From Mobula hypostoma (taxonomy: Eukaryota): DNA of 64,000 nt. The notes under the pieces were generated by a model. It saw only the letters and a list, made by a program, of their open reading frames with translations, did not search any database and was not told the origin of the DNA. The stretch lies in the NCBI RefSeq assembly GCF_963921235.1, contig NC_086109.1, positions 16,060,001 through 16,124,000 on the forward strand. The letters are read 5' to 3'. The translations under genes and the position numbers were made by a program. Shown here piece by piece: positions 37,330 to 50,634 of this stretch (position 1 is its first letter; each line of letters starts with the position of its first letter).

Positions 37330-38271
37330 ATGTCCCCTGAGACGGTGATGTGCCTCTCATGTGAGATGTGGCAGTCTTGGGGGAGCTCCCCTCTCCCGCA
37401 GAGTCACATCTGCCAGAAGTGCATACGGCTGGGCGATCTGGAAGACCGTGTAAGGAATCTGGAGCAGCAGCTGGATGACCTTCGACTCACAAGGGAGAAT
37501 GAGGCAGTCATAGATGAGAGCAACAGGGAGGTAGTCACACCTAGGCTGTTGGAAGCAGGTCGTTGGGTGACAGTCAGAGGGGGGAAAGCGAAGGTGAGCA
37601 GACAGGTAGTGCAGAGCACCCCTATCGCCATTCCCCTGAATAATAAGTTTACCATCCTGGATACTGTTGGCAGGGACGACCGACCAGGTGTGAGCCATGG
37701 TGGCAGAACCTCTGGCACTGAGTCTGACCCGGTGGTGCAGAAGGGTGGGACAGAGAAGAGGAGAGCTGTCATCATTGGAGACTCTATAGTCAGGGGAGCA
37801 GACAGGAGATTTTGTGGACGTGAGAAGGACACCCGCATGGTTTGTTGCCTCCCGGGTGCCAGGGTCCGGGATGTCTCTGACCGGGTGCACGACATCCTGG
37901 TACGAGAGGGAAAGCAACCAGAAGTCATGGTACATGTTGGGACCAACGACATAGGCAGGAAGAGGGATGAGGTCCTGAAGTGTGAGTTTCGGGAACTAGG
38001 CAGAAGGCTGAAGAACAGGACCTCAAGGGTGACGTTCTCAGGATTGCTGCCAGTGCTACGTGACAGTGATGGTAAGAATTGGAGGAGATGGCAGATGAAT
38101 GCGTGGCTGAGGAGTTGGTGCAGGGAGCAGGATTTTAGATTTTTAGATCCTTGGGGTCTCTTCTGGGGAAGGTGGGACCTGTACAGATTGGATGGGTTGC
38201 ACCTGAACTCAAGGGGGAGCAATATCCTTGCAGGTAGGTTTGCTAGCATGGTTCGGGAGGGTTTAAACTAA
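37330..38271 (+). CDS. CR1 ORF1p: zinc finger, coiled coil and SGNH/GDSL esterase (313 aa, open)
   Basis: CLSC..HICQKC, heptad LEDRVRNLEQQLDDL, and esterase blocks IGDS, LPGA, VGTND, DGLH. ATG at 37330 is in frame with the ORF-track call. Confidence 0.85.
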   Translation: MSPETVMCLSCEMWQSWGSSPLPQSHICQKCIRLGDLEDRVRNLEQQLDDLRLTRENEAVIDESNREVVTPRLLEAGRWVTVRGGKAKVSRQVVQSTPIAIPLNNKFTILDTVGRDDRPGVSHGGRTSGTESDPVVQKGGTEKRRAVIIGDSIVRGADRRFCGREKDTRMVCCLPGARVRDVSDRVHDILVREGKQPEVMVHVGTNDIGRKRDEVLKCEFRELGRRLKNRTSRVTFSGLLPVLRDSDGKNWRRWQMNAWLRSWCREQDFRFLDPWGLFWGRWDLYRLDGLHLNSRGSNILAGRFASMVREGLN

Positions 38272-38306
38272 TTTGCAAGGGGGATGGGACCCACAGCGAT
38301 AGAGAA

Positions 38307-41177
38307 GTGAAAGAAGTGCATGGAGTAAGGCCAGATCTAACATACAGAGAGGCTTTGAGGAAAGAGAAGCAGAATAAACGGTGTAAAGACAGTAAGGTAG
38401 AAGGGCTGAAATGTGTGTACCTCAATGCAAGAAGCATCAGGAACAAAGGTGATGAACTGAGAGCTTGGATACATACATGGAATTATGATGTAGTGGCCAT
38501 TACAGAGACTTGGCTGGCACCAGGGCAGGAATGGATTCTCAATATTTCTGGATTTCAGTGCTTTAAAAGGGATAGAGAGGGCGGAAAAAGGGGAGGAGGG
38601 GTGGCATTACAGCTACAGAAAGGGTGGGTAATGTAGCAGAATCCTCTTTTGAGTCAATATGGGTGGAAGTCAGGAACAGGAAGGGAGCAGTTACTCTATT
38701 GGGGGTATTCTATAGGCCCCCTGGTAGCAACAGAGATACAGAGGAGCAGATTGGGAGGCAGATTTTGGAAAGGTGCAAAAATAACAGGGTTGTTATCATG
38801 GGTGACTTTAACTTCCCTAATATTGATTGGCACCTGATTAGTTCCAAGGGTTTAGATAAGGTAGAGCTTGATAAATGTGTCCAGGACGGATTCCTGTCAC
38901 AGTATGTGGACAGGCCGACTAGGGGGAATGCCATACTAGTTCTAGTACTAGCTAATGAACCAGGTCAGGTCACAGATCTCTCAGTGGGTGAGCATTCAGG
39001 GGACAGTGACCACTGCTCCCTGGCCTTTAGCATTATCATGGAAAAGGATAGAATCAGAGAGGACAGGAAAATTTTTAATTGAGGAAGGGCAAATTATGAG
39101 GCTATAAGGCTAGAACTTGCGGGTGTGAATTGGGATGATGTTTTTGAAGGGAAGTGTACTATGGACATGTGGTCGATGTTTAGAGATCTCTTGCAGGATG
39201 TTAGGGATAAATTTGTCCCAGTGAGGAAGATAAAGAATGGTAGGGTGAAGGAACCATGGGTGACAAGTGAGGTGGAAAATCTAGTCAGGTGGAAGAAGGC
39301 AGCATACATGAGGTTTAGGAAGCAAAGATCAGATGGGTCTATTGAGGAATATAGGGAAGCAAGAAAGGAGCTTAAGAAGGGCTGAGAAGAGCAAGAAGGG
39401 GACATGAGAAGGCCTTGGTGAGTGGGGTAAAGGAAGACTCCAAGGCATTCTACAATTATGTGAAGAAAAAAAGGATGACAGGAGTGAAGGTAGGACCGAT
39501 TAGAAATAATGGTGGGAAGATGTGCCTGGAGGCTGTGGAAGTAAGCGAGGTCCTCAATGAATACTTCTTTTCGGTATTCACCAATGAGAGGGAACTTGAT
39601 GATGGTGAGGACAATATGAGTGAGGTTGATGTTCTGGAGCATGTTGATATTAAGGGAGAGGATGTGTTGGAGTTGTTAAAATATATTAGGACAGATAAGT
39701 CCCCGGGGCCTGACAGAATATCTCCAGGCTGCTCCATGAGGCGAGGGAAGAGATTGCTGAGCCTCTGGCTAGGATCTTTACGTCCTCGTTGTCCACGGGA
39801 ATGGTACCGGAGGATTGGAGGGAGGTGAATGTTGTCCCCTTGTTCAAAAAAGGTAGTAGGGATAGTCTGGGTAATTATAGACCAGTGAGCCTTACGTCTG
39901 TGGTGGGAAAGCTGTTGGAAAAGATTCTTAGAGATAGGATCTGTGGGCATTTAGAGAATCATGGTCTGATCAGGGACTATCAGCATGGCTTTGTGAAGGG
40001 CAGATCATGTCTAACAAGCCTGATAGAGTTCTTTGAGGAGGTGACCAGGCATATAGATGAGGGTAGTGCAGTGGATGTGATCTATATGAATTTTAGTAAG
40101 GCATTTGACAAGGTTCCACATGGTAGGCTTATTCAGAAAGTCAGAAGGCATGGGATCCAGGGAAGTTTGGTCAAGTGGATTCAGAATTGGCTTGCCTGCA
40201 GAAGGCAGAGGGTCGTGGTGGAGGGAGAACATTCAGATTGGAGGATTGTGACTAGTGGTGTCCCACAAGGATCTGTTCTGGGACCTCAACTTTTTGTGAT
40301 TTTTATTAACGACCTGGATGTGGGGGTAGAAGGGTGGGTTGGCAAGTTTGCAGACGACACAAAGGTTGGTGGTGTTGTAGATAGTGTAGAGAATTGTCAA
40401 AGATTGCAGAGAGACATTGATAGGATGCAGAAGTGGGCTGAGAAGTGGCAGATGGAGTTCAACCCGGAGAAGTGTAAGGTGGTACACTTTGGAAGGACAA
40501 ACTCCAAGGCAGAGTACAAAGTAAATGGCAGGATACTTGGTAGTGTGGAGGAGCAGAGGGATCTTGGAGTACATGTCCACAGATCCCTGAAAGTTGCCTC
40601 ACAGGTGGATAGGGTCATTAAGAAAGCTTATGGGGTGTTAGCTTTCATAAGTCGAGGGATAGAGTTTAAGAGTCGCGATGTAATGATGCAGCTCTATAAA
40701 ACTCTGGTTAGGCCACACTTGGAGTACTGTGTCCAGTTCTGGTCATCTCACTATAGGAAGGATGTGGAAGCATTGGAAAGGGTACAGAGGGGATTTACCA
40801 GGATGCTGCCTGGTTTAGAAAGTATGCATTATGATCAGAGATTAAGGGAATTAGGGCTTTACTCTTTGGAGAGAAGAAGGATGAGAGGGGACGTGATAGA
40901 GGTGTACAAGATAATAAGAGGAATAGATAGAGCGGATAGCCAGTGCCTCTTCCCCAGGGCGCCACTGCTCAATACAAGAGGACATGGCTTTAAGGTTAGG
41001 GGTGGGAAGTTCAAGGGGGATATTAGAGAAAGGTTTTTTACTCAGAGAGTGGTTGGTGCGTGGAATGCACTGCCTGAGTCAGTGGTGGAGGCAGATACAC
41101 TAGTGAAGTTTAAGAGACTACTAGACAGGTATATAGAGGAATTTAAGGTTGGGGGTTATATGGGAGGCAGGGTTTGA
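38307..41177 (+). pseudogene. CR1 ORF2 (APE endonuclease + reverse transcriptase), disrupted
   Basis: Endonuclease motifs YLNARS, ITETW, YRPP, GDFN and SDH; RT in 39789-41177 (QHGF, GVPQGSVLGP, FADD). Split by frameshifts near 38610, 39380 and 39725 and a TGA at 39080-39082. Confidence 0.9.
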
Positions 41178-42749
41178 GTGTCGACACAACATTGTGGGCC
41201 GAAGGGCCGGTACTGTGCTGTACTATTATATGTTCTATGTTTCTATGTTCTATTAAATTTACTTTGAACATTGAACTTGAACCTATAGACACCAAACATA
41301 GAAAACTCAACACAGGGTTAGCACTTCTTATCAACTACTGCAGTTACAAAATAAATTAAATTCCTATTAACTAGTAGTTATAAATTTGCATAGTCTGTGG
41401 TACATTAGTAGATACCATGAATTTATTTATAACAATCCCTCTTTTATTTGCTTCTTAATGCCTCTGCTTTCACCCTGTCTTGAATTCTGGCATATTTAGA
41501 TCTTGTGCTTTCTTTTCTATTTCCTATTGTTTGTCTTGAACTCACAATTATACCCACTGACCTTCCCTTCCTGGATCAGGCTTTCAGTGCTGCCATGATC
41601 ATAGGGACTTCAGATATCTATAATTGTCTTCACAGTGCAAGGTAGTCTTTAAATTATACAATGCAATCTGTCTTAATTCCGAATATTCAATAACTGCATT
41701 TCAATAAGACTAGGTAAGTCAATCTTGTAAAAGCCCAGTCATTGGCCTGAGACTAGAACAGATAACAGAGTATTCCTCTGATTGCTTGTTATTGTTGTAT
41801 GCGAATGGTGCTGTTGATCTGAAAATGTTGAGTTACTATTGAAATGATGCCTTTGACTTAGATTGCTTTTTGTTCAATGTTTTCAGTGCATATTGATACT
41901 GACATGCGGAGAATGTTTAAATAGGAAGGAGACGCATTTTGGAAAGATCGAGGGCTCCGGGGAACTGGTACAGGAAAGGACATGGGGCAGATCAGCTTTG
42001 ATGATATTGAAGGATAGGGCAGGTTTGAGGAGCTGAGTCCCCACACGTCCCATTTTCTAAATAATGTTTTTGTGTGACTTGGTGTCGGAATTTGATATTT
42101 AATGCTCTTGTGAAGCATTAAATGTGCCATGGAATTGGAACTGGAGTTATAGGAATGGGAACTTTAGCTGACTTTTATTTCTTTCTTGATTAGAGAAAGA
42201 TCACTGATAGTAAACATAGATATCAAAATGTCCTTGTGCATAAAATTCAAGTTAGTAGGCAGCTGCAGTAAATGGTCAGTAAAGAAAATGATACATTGGT
42301 CCTTATTGCAGGAGGGTTACAGAGCAGAAATCACGACCTAAAGGGTTGAAATGAGGCCACACCTGGAATACTGCGCACAATTTTTGTCTCCGTATTTAAA
42401 AACGGATGAACTGGTATTAGGGGTGGACTAAAAGAGATTCACTAGACTAATTACAAACGTACTAAAAGAGTTATCCTATCGCAGGAGTTAGATCTATATC
42501 CTTTGGAATTCAGAAGAGTGAGGGGTGATCTAATTGAAGCATGCAAGATCCTGAGGTGGGTGCATGGTACTATAGTAATTTTATGTATTGCACTGTACTG
42601 CTGCAAAATATATATACAGTATATATATTTTATATATCCCACCTTCTTTCCTACTCTTCTCAAAACCAGAGATGAAAGCTGTGTCAACTGAGGCTAAAGA
42701 CTGGACAGATATTGTTAATTATGAATGAACATGGGCTGAGTTTAATGTA

Positions 42750-43887
42750 TTTGCACAGTACTGTAGTAATTTGATGTATTGCACTGTACTGCTGCTGCCA
42801 AAAAAAAATGACATACATATGTGAGTGATGATCAACCTGATTCTGATATGGGTCTCTATTGTGGACTGTGAGTGGGAAGGGGGCAGGGAGAGGGGAATCA
42901 TGTTTGGGAAAAGGGGAAGGGAGAGGTGAGGGAGCAGGAAGCACCAGAGAGATTTTCGGTAATGATCAATATGCCAATTGTTTGAAATCAAATGACCTTG
43001 CATGTGTCATGGTCCGGTCGATTAACTACTCATTTCAGTTAATTTCCTTTTCCCTGTGTTCCACCGGGCTCCTTGATTAGGGCACCTGATCGTCATTCGA
43101 ACCAGCAGCGTAAACACTCCGGCTTATGGCTACTCGGTGCTGGACCGTCACCTGAGCAAGCGCAGTTGTGCCCGATTCGGGTCCCCGTTCATCATGGACT
43201 CTAAGTGGCTTCAGTGCCCGGGGTGCTTTGTGGATTTGGTCATTTTCCTGTCCAGCTGAGTTGCCGGCCATTTGCTGCCACTCCGAGCCAAAGGAACGAA
43301 TTCTGCCGTTTCCATGGCCAGCTGAGATTTGCTGGCCGTTGCCGCTACTCCGAGCCGAGATTCGAGTGGACTGTCGTGGTTTGGATTTCGTCATCTCGTA
43401 TCCAGCTGAGTAGGCAGGCCATTTGCTGCTACTCGAATGGACCGTCGTTGTTTTGTCGTTCCATGTCCGAGTCCAAATCCAAGTCCCGGCTCCTTGTCCG
43501 AGTCCAAGTGGGAGTCCCAGTTCCAAGTTCCGAGTCCAAGTCAAGTCCAAGTCCTGGTTCCGAGTTCCTAGTTAAGTCCTAGTCTGTCTCCATGCCCGTG
43601 TCCTGCACTTGGGTCCGCCTCCAGTTGCTCCGTGCAACAGCATGGTGTCTCAGAGCTGGGGGTATCTGCACCCAGCGACCCCCCACCCCACCCTTGGCAC
43701 TCCTTTTCTACCTGACCCACACCCCTCCTGTGGCACTTCACCCTCACCCTTCCCAACACCCTTTGCTCCCGTCAGATTTACAAATTCTCTCTCTTCTCCA
43801 CGTTGACAAATACAGTACTGTGCAAAAGTCTTAGACACCCTAGCTATATACATATATATGTATCTAAGGCTGTTGCACAGAGCTGTG
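42750..43887 (+). mobile_element. Tc1-like composite element, copy C, interrupted by a solo LTR and lying within a CR1 fragment (about 42250-44265)
   Basis: Homologous to 181-668; right-hand hairpin at about 43813-43885. Confidence 0.75.
43005..43639 (+). mobile_element. Solo LTR-like element
   Basis: TGTCATGGTCCGG...GTGCAACA, 5-bp TSD GCATG (43000-43004 / 43640-43644). Confidence 0.85.
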
Positions 43888-44499
43888 GATATTAATATGT
43901 TTCTGGATTGGGGGGATGTCTCAAGTCAGAGGACATCGTTATAAGATTAAGGAGGTGATCATTTAAAACTGAAGGGTAGTGAATCTCAGGAATTCTTGAT
44001 TTCATGGGGCTGTAAAGTCTAGACCACTCAGTAGGAAGAGGATTAATTTTTCACAACTGAGCACTCTGGGGAACTGGTACAGTTTCCCTCAATGCTTTAC
44101 ACCCTGGCCCAGAGAAGTCATGTTTTGTTTGCCGGTATATATGTATATAGTTAAATGACAATAAACTTGACTTGACTTGACCTGAGGCAGATCGGACTTG
44201 ATCAAATTGAAAGACAGGACAGGTTTAAGAGGCTAAGTGGTTCCCGCTGCTCCTATTTTCTTATGTTTTTGTATGTTTGGTGTCAGAATTTGATATCTAT
44301 TGGTCGGGTGAAGCATTAAATGCACCATGTAATTGGAAATGGAGTTCTAGGAATGGGAACGTTAACTGACTTTTATCCTTTCTTTGGAACATGATCAGTT
44401 CTGGCATCTCCAGTACCTGCACCAGCTGTGATCAGAAAGCATGGCTTAAAACGCACGTCAAAAAAACCTACAGAGGCTGAATTCCAAAATTAAAACAGC

Positions 44500-44600
44500 A
44501 ATCGCTGGAAACACTCATCAGGTCAACTATTATCTGTGGAAAGAGAAATAGAGTTAATGTTTCAGATGTAAAACCCTTCATCAGAACTGAGAAGCATAGA
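44500..44600 (-). mobile_element. PLE end of a divergent subfamily with a hammerhead-like motif
   Basis: Minus strand reads CAGTT-CTGATGA-AGGGTTTTACATCT-GAAAC-ATT-AACTC (44551-44589). Confidence 0.55.
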
Positions 44601-45029
44601 AAATAAGTTAATTTTACTTGGAAATGGGGAAGTTGTTCTTCCACACAAAACACCATTAGTTAGTAGGCAGTCAGTGCTTAGGAAGGCAAATGACATGTTG
44701 GATTTTATTGCAAGCTCATAAATCAAAGTAAATTTATTACCAAAGTAATCTCTGTCACCACATACAACCATGAGTTTCATTTTGTTGTGGGCATATTTGA
44801 TAAATCTACAGAATATTAACAATATAGAATCAACAAAAGACCACCCAATTTGGGTATTCAACCAGAGTGCAGAAGACAACAAAATGTGCAAATACAAAAA
44901 GAAAGAAATAATAATAATAAATAAATAAGCAATAAATATCAAGGATTAGAGTTTAGAAATAGGAAAATATTATTACAAGTGGCAGAGTTTTTGTGAGGCC
45001 ACAGTAGGTGGTTAGGAAGGTAAAGAAGC

Positions 45030-45590
45030 ACGAAAGATACAGCAGGTGCTGGAAATACTGAGCAACAAACAAAATGCTAGAGGAATGCAGCAAATTAGGT
45101 AACATCCATGGAGGGGAATAAGCTGTCATTTTTTCAGGCTGAGATCTTTCAGCAGGACTGAAAGGGAGGGGGACAAAAGCCAGAAAAAGGAGATTGGGGG
45201 AGGCAAAGGAATAGGCTGGTGATAGGTGAGGAGAAAGAGGGGTGGGTGGGTGGGGGAGGGCTGGATGAAGTAAGAAGTTGGGAGGGATTAGTGAAAGAGA
45301 TAAAAGGCTGAAGAAGAAGGACTCTAATAGGAGAATAGGGTGGACCATAGAAGAAAGGGAAGGAGGATGGGAACCAGAGCAAGGCGATAGACAGATGAGG
45401 AGAAAAGAAGAGATGAGAGGGTAACTAGAATAGGGAATAGAAAAAGAAAGAAGGACAGAGTGAGGGAGAAATTATCGGAACCTGGAGAAATTGATTTTCA
45501 TGCCATTAGGTAGGAGGCTACCCAAATAGAATATGAGGGTGTTGCTCCTCCAACCTGAGTTTGGCTTCATCACAGCAGTAGAGGAGACCA
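45030..45590 (-). mobile_element. PLE 3' end with a GIY-YIG C-terminal remnant
   Basis: Minus strand EAKLRLEEQH..IFYLGSLLPNGMKINFS and terminal motifs as in 12955-13929. Confidence 0.75.
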
Positions 45591-45684
45591 TAAAGACATT
45601 TTAGAAGTTGCATTGAAGTAACTGTATCTCACCTTCTACCTGGACACAATACATGCTTCTGGATACAAAACTGAGCAAAATTGA

Positions 45685-45823
45685 CCCTTCCTGCTGAAGA
45701 GTTTCAGCCTGGAACGTTGACTGTACTCTTTTCCATTGATGCTGCCTGGCCTGCTGAGTTCCTCCAGTATTTTGTATGTGTTGCTTGGATTTCCAGCATC
45801 TGCAGATTTTCTCCTGTTTGTGA
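45685..45823 (+). mobile_element. Short PLE terminal insertion
   Basis: 9-bp TSD CAAAATTGA (45676-45684 / 45824-45832); degenerate core CTGCTGA. Confidence 0.8.
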
Positions 45824-46539
45824 CAAAATTGAACTTAACAGCTTTGGTTTGCATCAGAACTGTCCAGTTCTGCTGTAGATAATCCTTTTGTACCATCTCC
45901 TCCAGCATGTCCTAACCTCGGTGGCATTTCTTACAGACCTACAGCTCTATACCTTGCAGCTTTTTCATTCTAATTTTAGAAAAGCTTCCATCAAACTGTT
46001 ACCTATTCTAATAATTGGCATCAACACCTAGCCTTTGTGCTTCTTTCTCTTTCCCCCTTCCTCTTTCTCTCTCCCTTCCTCTTTCTCTCTCTCTATCTCT
46101 CTCTCCATTTCTCCATTAATCTGTGAACCATGTTATTTCATCAGATTACGCTGTGAGATGTATTCCCTGTATCCAACACCCCACCTTTCTGCCAATTTGT
46201 TTTCACTCTTTCCCAGTCCTAATAAAGGAACTGCTTTTATTTATCCATGATGTAGGATAGGTAAAGGAAATGAAATCTTCATTATGCACCAAACACCCCT
46301 CCAGTTCATATCATTAGTTGATAGTGGAGACATTTGGGGGCTTCTATAATAACAATGAGTTCCACTATCTCATTACAGACACAGGGGGAACATGGCCACC
46401 ATCACCATGTGCCATGATTCCAGTATGTCGTTGACTGATGCAAAATTACCGCCTGTCCATACTCCCCAACGTTCCTGAAAACTATTGCAGTTATTTTGTT
46501 TGAGATGTAGGGGTCCAAATCCATAGATTCCTCCAAGTT

Positions 46540-47200
46540 GCATACAGGTTAGGATTGTTAAGAAGTCATATTGTGTGTTGGCCTTCATTCGTCGATGGAC
46601 TGAGTTCAAGAGCTGCAAACTAACATTTCAGCTCTATAAAACATTGCTTAGTACACCCTTGGAATATTGTGTTCAGTTCTGGTTCCTTAGGGAAGGATGT
46701 GGAAGCTATAGAGAGGGTAAAGAAGAGATTTACCAGAATGCTACCTGATTAGAAAGCATGTCTTATGAAGATAGGTTGAGCAAGCTAGGATTGTTTTCTT
46801 TGGAGCGAAAGAGGATGAGAAGTAACTTGACAGAAGTCTATAAAATGATAAAAGGTATAGTCAGAATGGACAGCTAGTGACATTTTCCAGGGTGGAAATA
46901 GCTAATAAAAGAGGACATAATTCTAAGGTGATTAAAGGAAGGTATTGTCGGGGTGGCGGGGGGCGGGGGTGGGTGTCAGAGGTAGCTTTTTACAGAGTGT
47001 GGTGAGTGCATAGAACTCAATTCCAGGGATGGTGGCAGAGGCAGGTACACTAAGGGCATTTCAGAACTCTTAGATTGTCACCTGGATGAAAAAACAATGG
47101 CGGGCTATGCGGGAGGGAAGAGTTATATCGATCATGGAGTAGGTTGGCACAACATCATGGGGTGAAGGGGCTTTACTGTGCTATAATGTTCTATGTTTGA
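46540..47200 (+). mobile_element. CR1 3' fragment
   Basis: Similar to 40600-41250, including the TGTTCTATG tail. Confidence 0.75.
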
Positions 47201-48226
47201 TGGTCTTAACATTATCTTGGACTCAGAACCTTTGGAAGTGATGCCCAGTAAGGGCAAAGAGAAAGAAAAAACTAGCTGAAAAAGGAAAGCATTATGGTGT
47301 GCAAGTCAGAAGGACAAAGTCAGAGGAGCATCAAAATGATATTCTACTTTTTTTACAAGATTTTCCTGTCTTTTGAAGACACTGAGGGACAAGATTTCTG
47401 GCAGTGATGTGTGAAAAAGAGCTGTTATTTTCATCTACTCTTTCACCAGACAGTTGACATGTATTTTTAGTCATTAAGTCACCTTCAAATTCATCTGGCT
47501 GTCCCTGTAGTAAACGGCTCTTCTTTCATCAACTACATGCATTGTTAAGCCATCCACAAGCATTCGTTTATAGTCTGTTATGCGTTTGCCAGCCACACTT
47601 CTAGCAGCCCTGCTTGTAATGAATGGTTTATTGTATGTAGAGAAATATATAGTTACTATGTGTCTAATAAGTTTTAACATCTAACAAAATCTGAATCACT
47701 GTATCTTAATTTCTCAAGCACCAGTGCAGACTAACAACGGCATATTACAGTCATGGTAATCAGTTCTCACAATGTGCACATTTTTCCTAGAATAGGTCAA
47801 TGAATCTAACTTCTATTGAAAGCTTTCAACAAAAAAAATGCTAACAATACTCTAAATCTCAGCTTAAAGTGAGTCTCTTTAGAATGGAAGGTATATTTGC
47901 AAAACTGCTCTATTTGTAAATAGTTTACTGATGACTAAACAAGCTTGGTAGTTATTTTCTCATTTTCTCTTACAATGGATCAATTTGTCAACCTCAGTTT
48001 GTAAGTTGCTAGGCTCAATGTTTCTTATCAGCAATCTGAGAGAATTTTCTTCCTTTCCATCTTTATAGTTAAAGAACAAACTTTATTGTGCTTAGTGTTA
48101 GAATATTACAGCAAGTTTGCCCGCTTAGAATATTGTGGAAATTTTGCCCATTAGAATATCAGATATGTCAAACTGCCAACAGAACAACCACCTTAACTGC
48201 ATGTTATCATCCAGCAAAAGGCCATA

Positions 48227-49825
48227 TGCTCAATGGCCACTTTATTAACTATCTCCTGTACCTCCCATGCTGAGTGTATATTTGTGGTCTTCTACTGCCA
48301 CAGCCTATCCCACTTTAAGGTTTGGCATGTTGTGCATTCAGAGATGCTCTTCTGTATACCACTGTTGTAACCTGTAGCTATTTGAGTAAACTGTTACATT
48401 CCTGTCAGCTTGACCTAGTCTGGCCACTCTCTTTTGACCTCTCCCATTAGTAGAGCAGTTTTTGCCCAGAGAAATTCCACTCACTGGAAGGTTTGTTTTT
48501 GTTTTTCATACCATTCCCTGTAAACTCTAGAGACTGTTGTGCAAGAAAATCTCAGAAGGCTAGCAATTTCTGAGATACACAACCCACCCCTATCATAAGG
48601 GCACGGCTGGAGACTGGAGACTGGAGACTTGAGACTTGAGGCGAGGCGAGGCTGGAGGCCTGGAGACTCGAGGTGAGGCGAGGCTTGGCAGGCTCCTCCT
48701 GGGCGGGGCGCGGATCACCACCCGACGGAGGTAAGGGACGGGAAGGGACAGAACCAACCCCAGGTAATGGCAAGACGGCCTGGCTTACCTGAGTGGAGGC
48801 AAGAGACAGGAAAGGAGCTAGGTACAGGGTGGTTCCAGGACCAGACAGCAAGACAAGGCAAGGCTACTGGCAAAGCAAGGCAAGACGAGAACTTCAGGTG
48901 AGGTGAGAGTTACCGGCAAGACAAGACAAGGCTTCAGGCAAGGAAACAGAAGGCAGGGGAAGGGATACAAGGAGTAAGGACAAGAACAATCCAGCAGCCA
49001 CACCCTGGTCTCTGGAGGTATTCATGCAGCCAGCCTCAACGAGCATCAACTGACTCAATAGAGCTCAACAAGACAGAAACAGGGTAGATAGGAAAACCTG
49101 GAACAAGGGTCGATGGACCGGACCGTGAACCGGAATATGGACTTTCCGGACTGGACTATGACAACCCCATCTAGCACCAACAATCATTCAAAGTTCAAAG
49201 TAAGTTTATGTGTCAGTATATACAACCATGATTCATTTTCTTGTGGGCATTCACAGTAAACACAGTAATAGAATCAATGAAAGACTGCATTCAACAGGGC
49301 AGACAAATGACCAATGTGAAAAAGACAACAAACTGCAAATACTAATAATAAATAAGCAATAAATATCAAGAACATGAGATGAAGGATCTTTCAAAGTGAG
49401 TCCATAGGTGTGGGAACATTTCAGTGTTGGGCAAGTAAAGTTGAGTGAAGTTATCCCCTCTGGTTCAAGAGCCTGATGGTTGAGGGGTAATAATTGTTCT
49501 TATACCTGGTAGTGTAGTTCCTGAGGCTCCTGTACCTTCATTCTGATGGCAGCAGCAGGAATAGAACATGGCTTGGATGTTGGAGGCCCTCGTTGATGGA
49601 TGCTGTATTCCTATAATAGCATTTCGTGTAGATGTTCTCAATGGTGGGGGGGGGGTGCTTTTTACTAGGTCTTCTCCATTCTGATGTTTGGTCTGAACAA
49701 CAGTTGAATCTCTTGATTATATCTGCATGCTTTTATGCATTGAGTTGCTGCCACAAGATTGGCTGATTAGATATTTGCATTAATGAGCAGGTTTACAGCA
49801 TTCCTAATAAAGTGGTCACTGAATG
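48227..49825 (+). mobile_element. Tc1/mariner-like MITE with a nested LTR and a nested Rex1 tail (about 49188-49640, minus)
   Basis: TIRs resembling CACTCAGTGGCCACTTTATTAG flanked by TA; colinear with 58721-59322 once the inserts are removed. Confidence 0.75.
48591..49163 (-). mobile_element. Solo LTR-like element
   Basis: 5-bp TSD ACCCC (48586-48590 / 49164-49168); GGACTGGACTATGACA end matches 26927-26942; the other terminus reads TA instead of TG. Confidence 0.8.
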
Positions 49826-50154
49826 TATTAGCATAAAACGGAACTGCCTTACAAATAATATTAACCCTATTAATGTGCACTGGAAACACAATAGCTAGAA
49901 TTCACCTGACAATAAACTGATTATCTAAGTCGATGGAAGGGATTGCCTTCCCACCCCCCATGAATAAACACATTAGAAATTTTCAGAAGCGTTGCATAGT
50001 ACTTTCTTTATTGTTTATAAAATGCCTGTAAGGTTAAAATTTGTTTTTTACTGGATTCTTTATTGAGCATCACAAGGACTCCAAAGTTCACTTACGATAG
50101 TCAAAGCCAATGTTTCCACTTACAGTGGTTTGAAGATATACCTAAAGATTATGA

Positions 50155-50495
50155 AGATAAAGATTAGCTTTATTTGTCTTTGTACATCAAAACATCAAAA
50201 CACCAAAACACATAGTGAAATGCGTCTTGTTTTTTCAGATCAAAGCAGCAAGGATCGTGCTGGGCAGTCGGCAAGTGTCGCCATATTTCTGGCGCCAACA
50301 TAGCATGCCGACAACTCATTAACCTTAACCTGTAAGTCTTTGGAATGTGGGAGGAAACCAGCACACCCGGAGGAAACCCACACAGTCATGGGGAGAACAT
50401 GCAAACTCCTTACCCACAGCGTCAGGAATTGAACTCTGACCTTACGGCTGGCGTGCTGTAATGCAATCATGCCAATCGTTACACCACTGTGCCAA
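50155..50495 (-). mobile_element. V-domain SINE
   Basis: Reverse-complement homology to 22400-22735. Confidence 0.8.
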
Positions 50496-50634
50496 CCTAT
50501 ACAGTGGGGTGACTTGAGGATACAGTATCACTACCTAAAAATCCTTCAAAAAACTTGAAATATTTGATAACTTTTTTTCTTATTCCAATTGCAATTAGGT
50601 TTGGCTGTACTTTAGCCTATTGCTGTTGTATTAC

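Larger units (their letters stand above)
37227..41253 (+). mobile_element. Near full-length CR1 LINE
   Basis: Short 5' UTR, ORF1, APE-RT ORF2 and a (TTCTATG)-type tail. It splits a Rex1 tail, GATAATAA | TAAATTTACTTTGAAC, with an apparent 3-bp duplication TAA. Confidence 0.95.

Noticed and set aside
37357..38249. Long antisense ORFs (192 and 281 aa)
   Set aside because: Shadows of CR1 ORF1 with no independent motifs.
46373..46500. Possible exon in unique sequence
   Set aside because: No frame gives a recognisable peptide with convincing splice sites.
47474..47680. Minus-strand ORF ending at AAG|GTGACT as a coding exon
   Set aside because: No recognisable protein similarity, weak acceptor and no partner exons.
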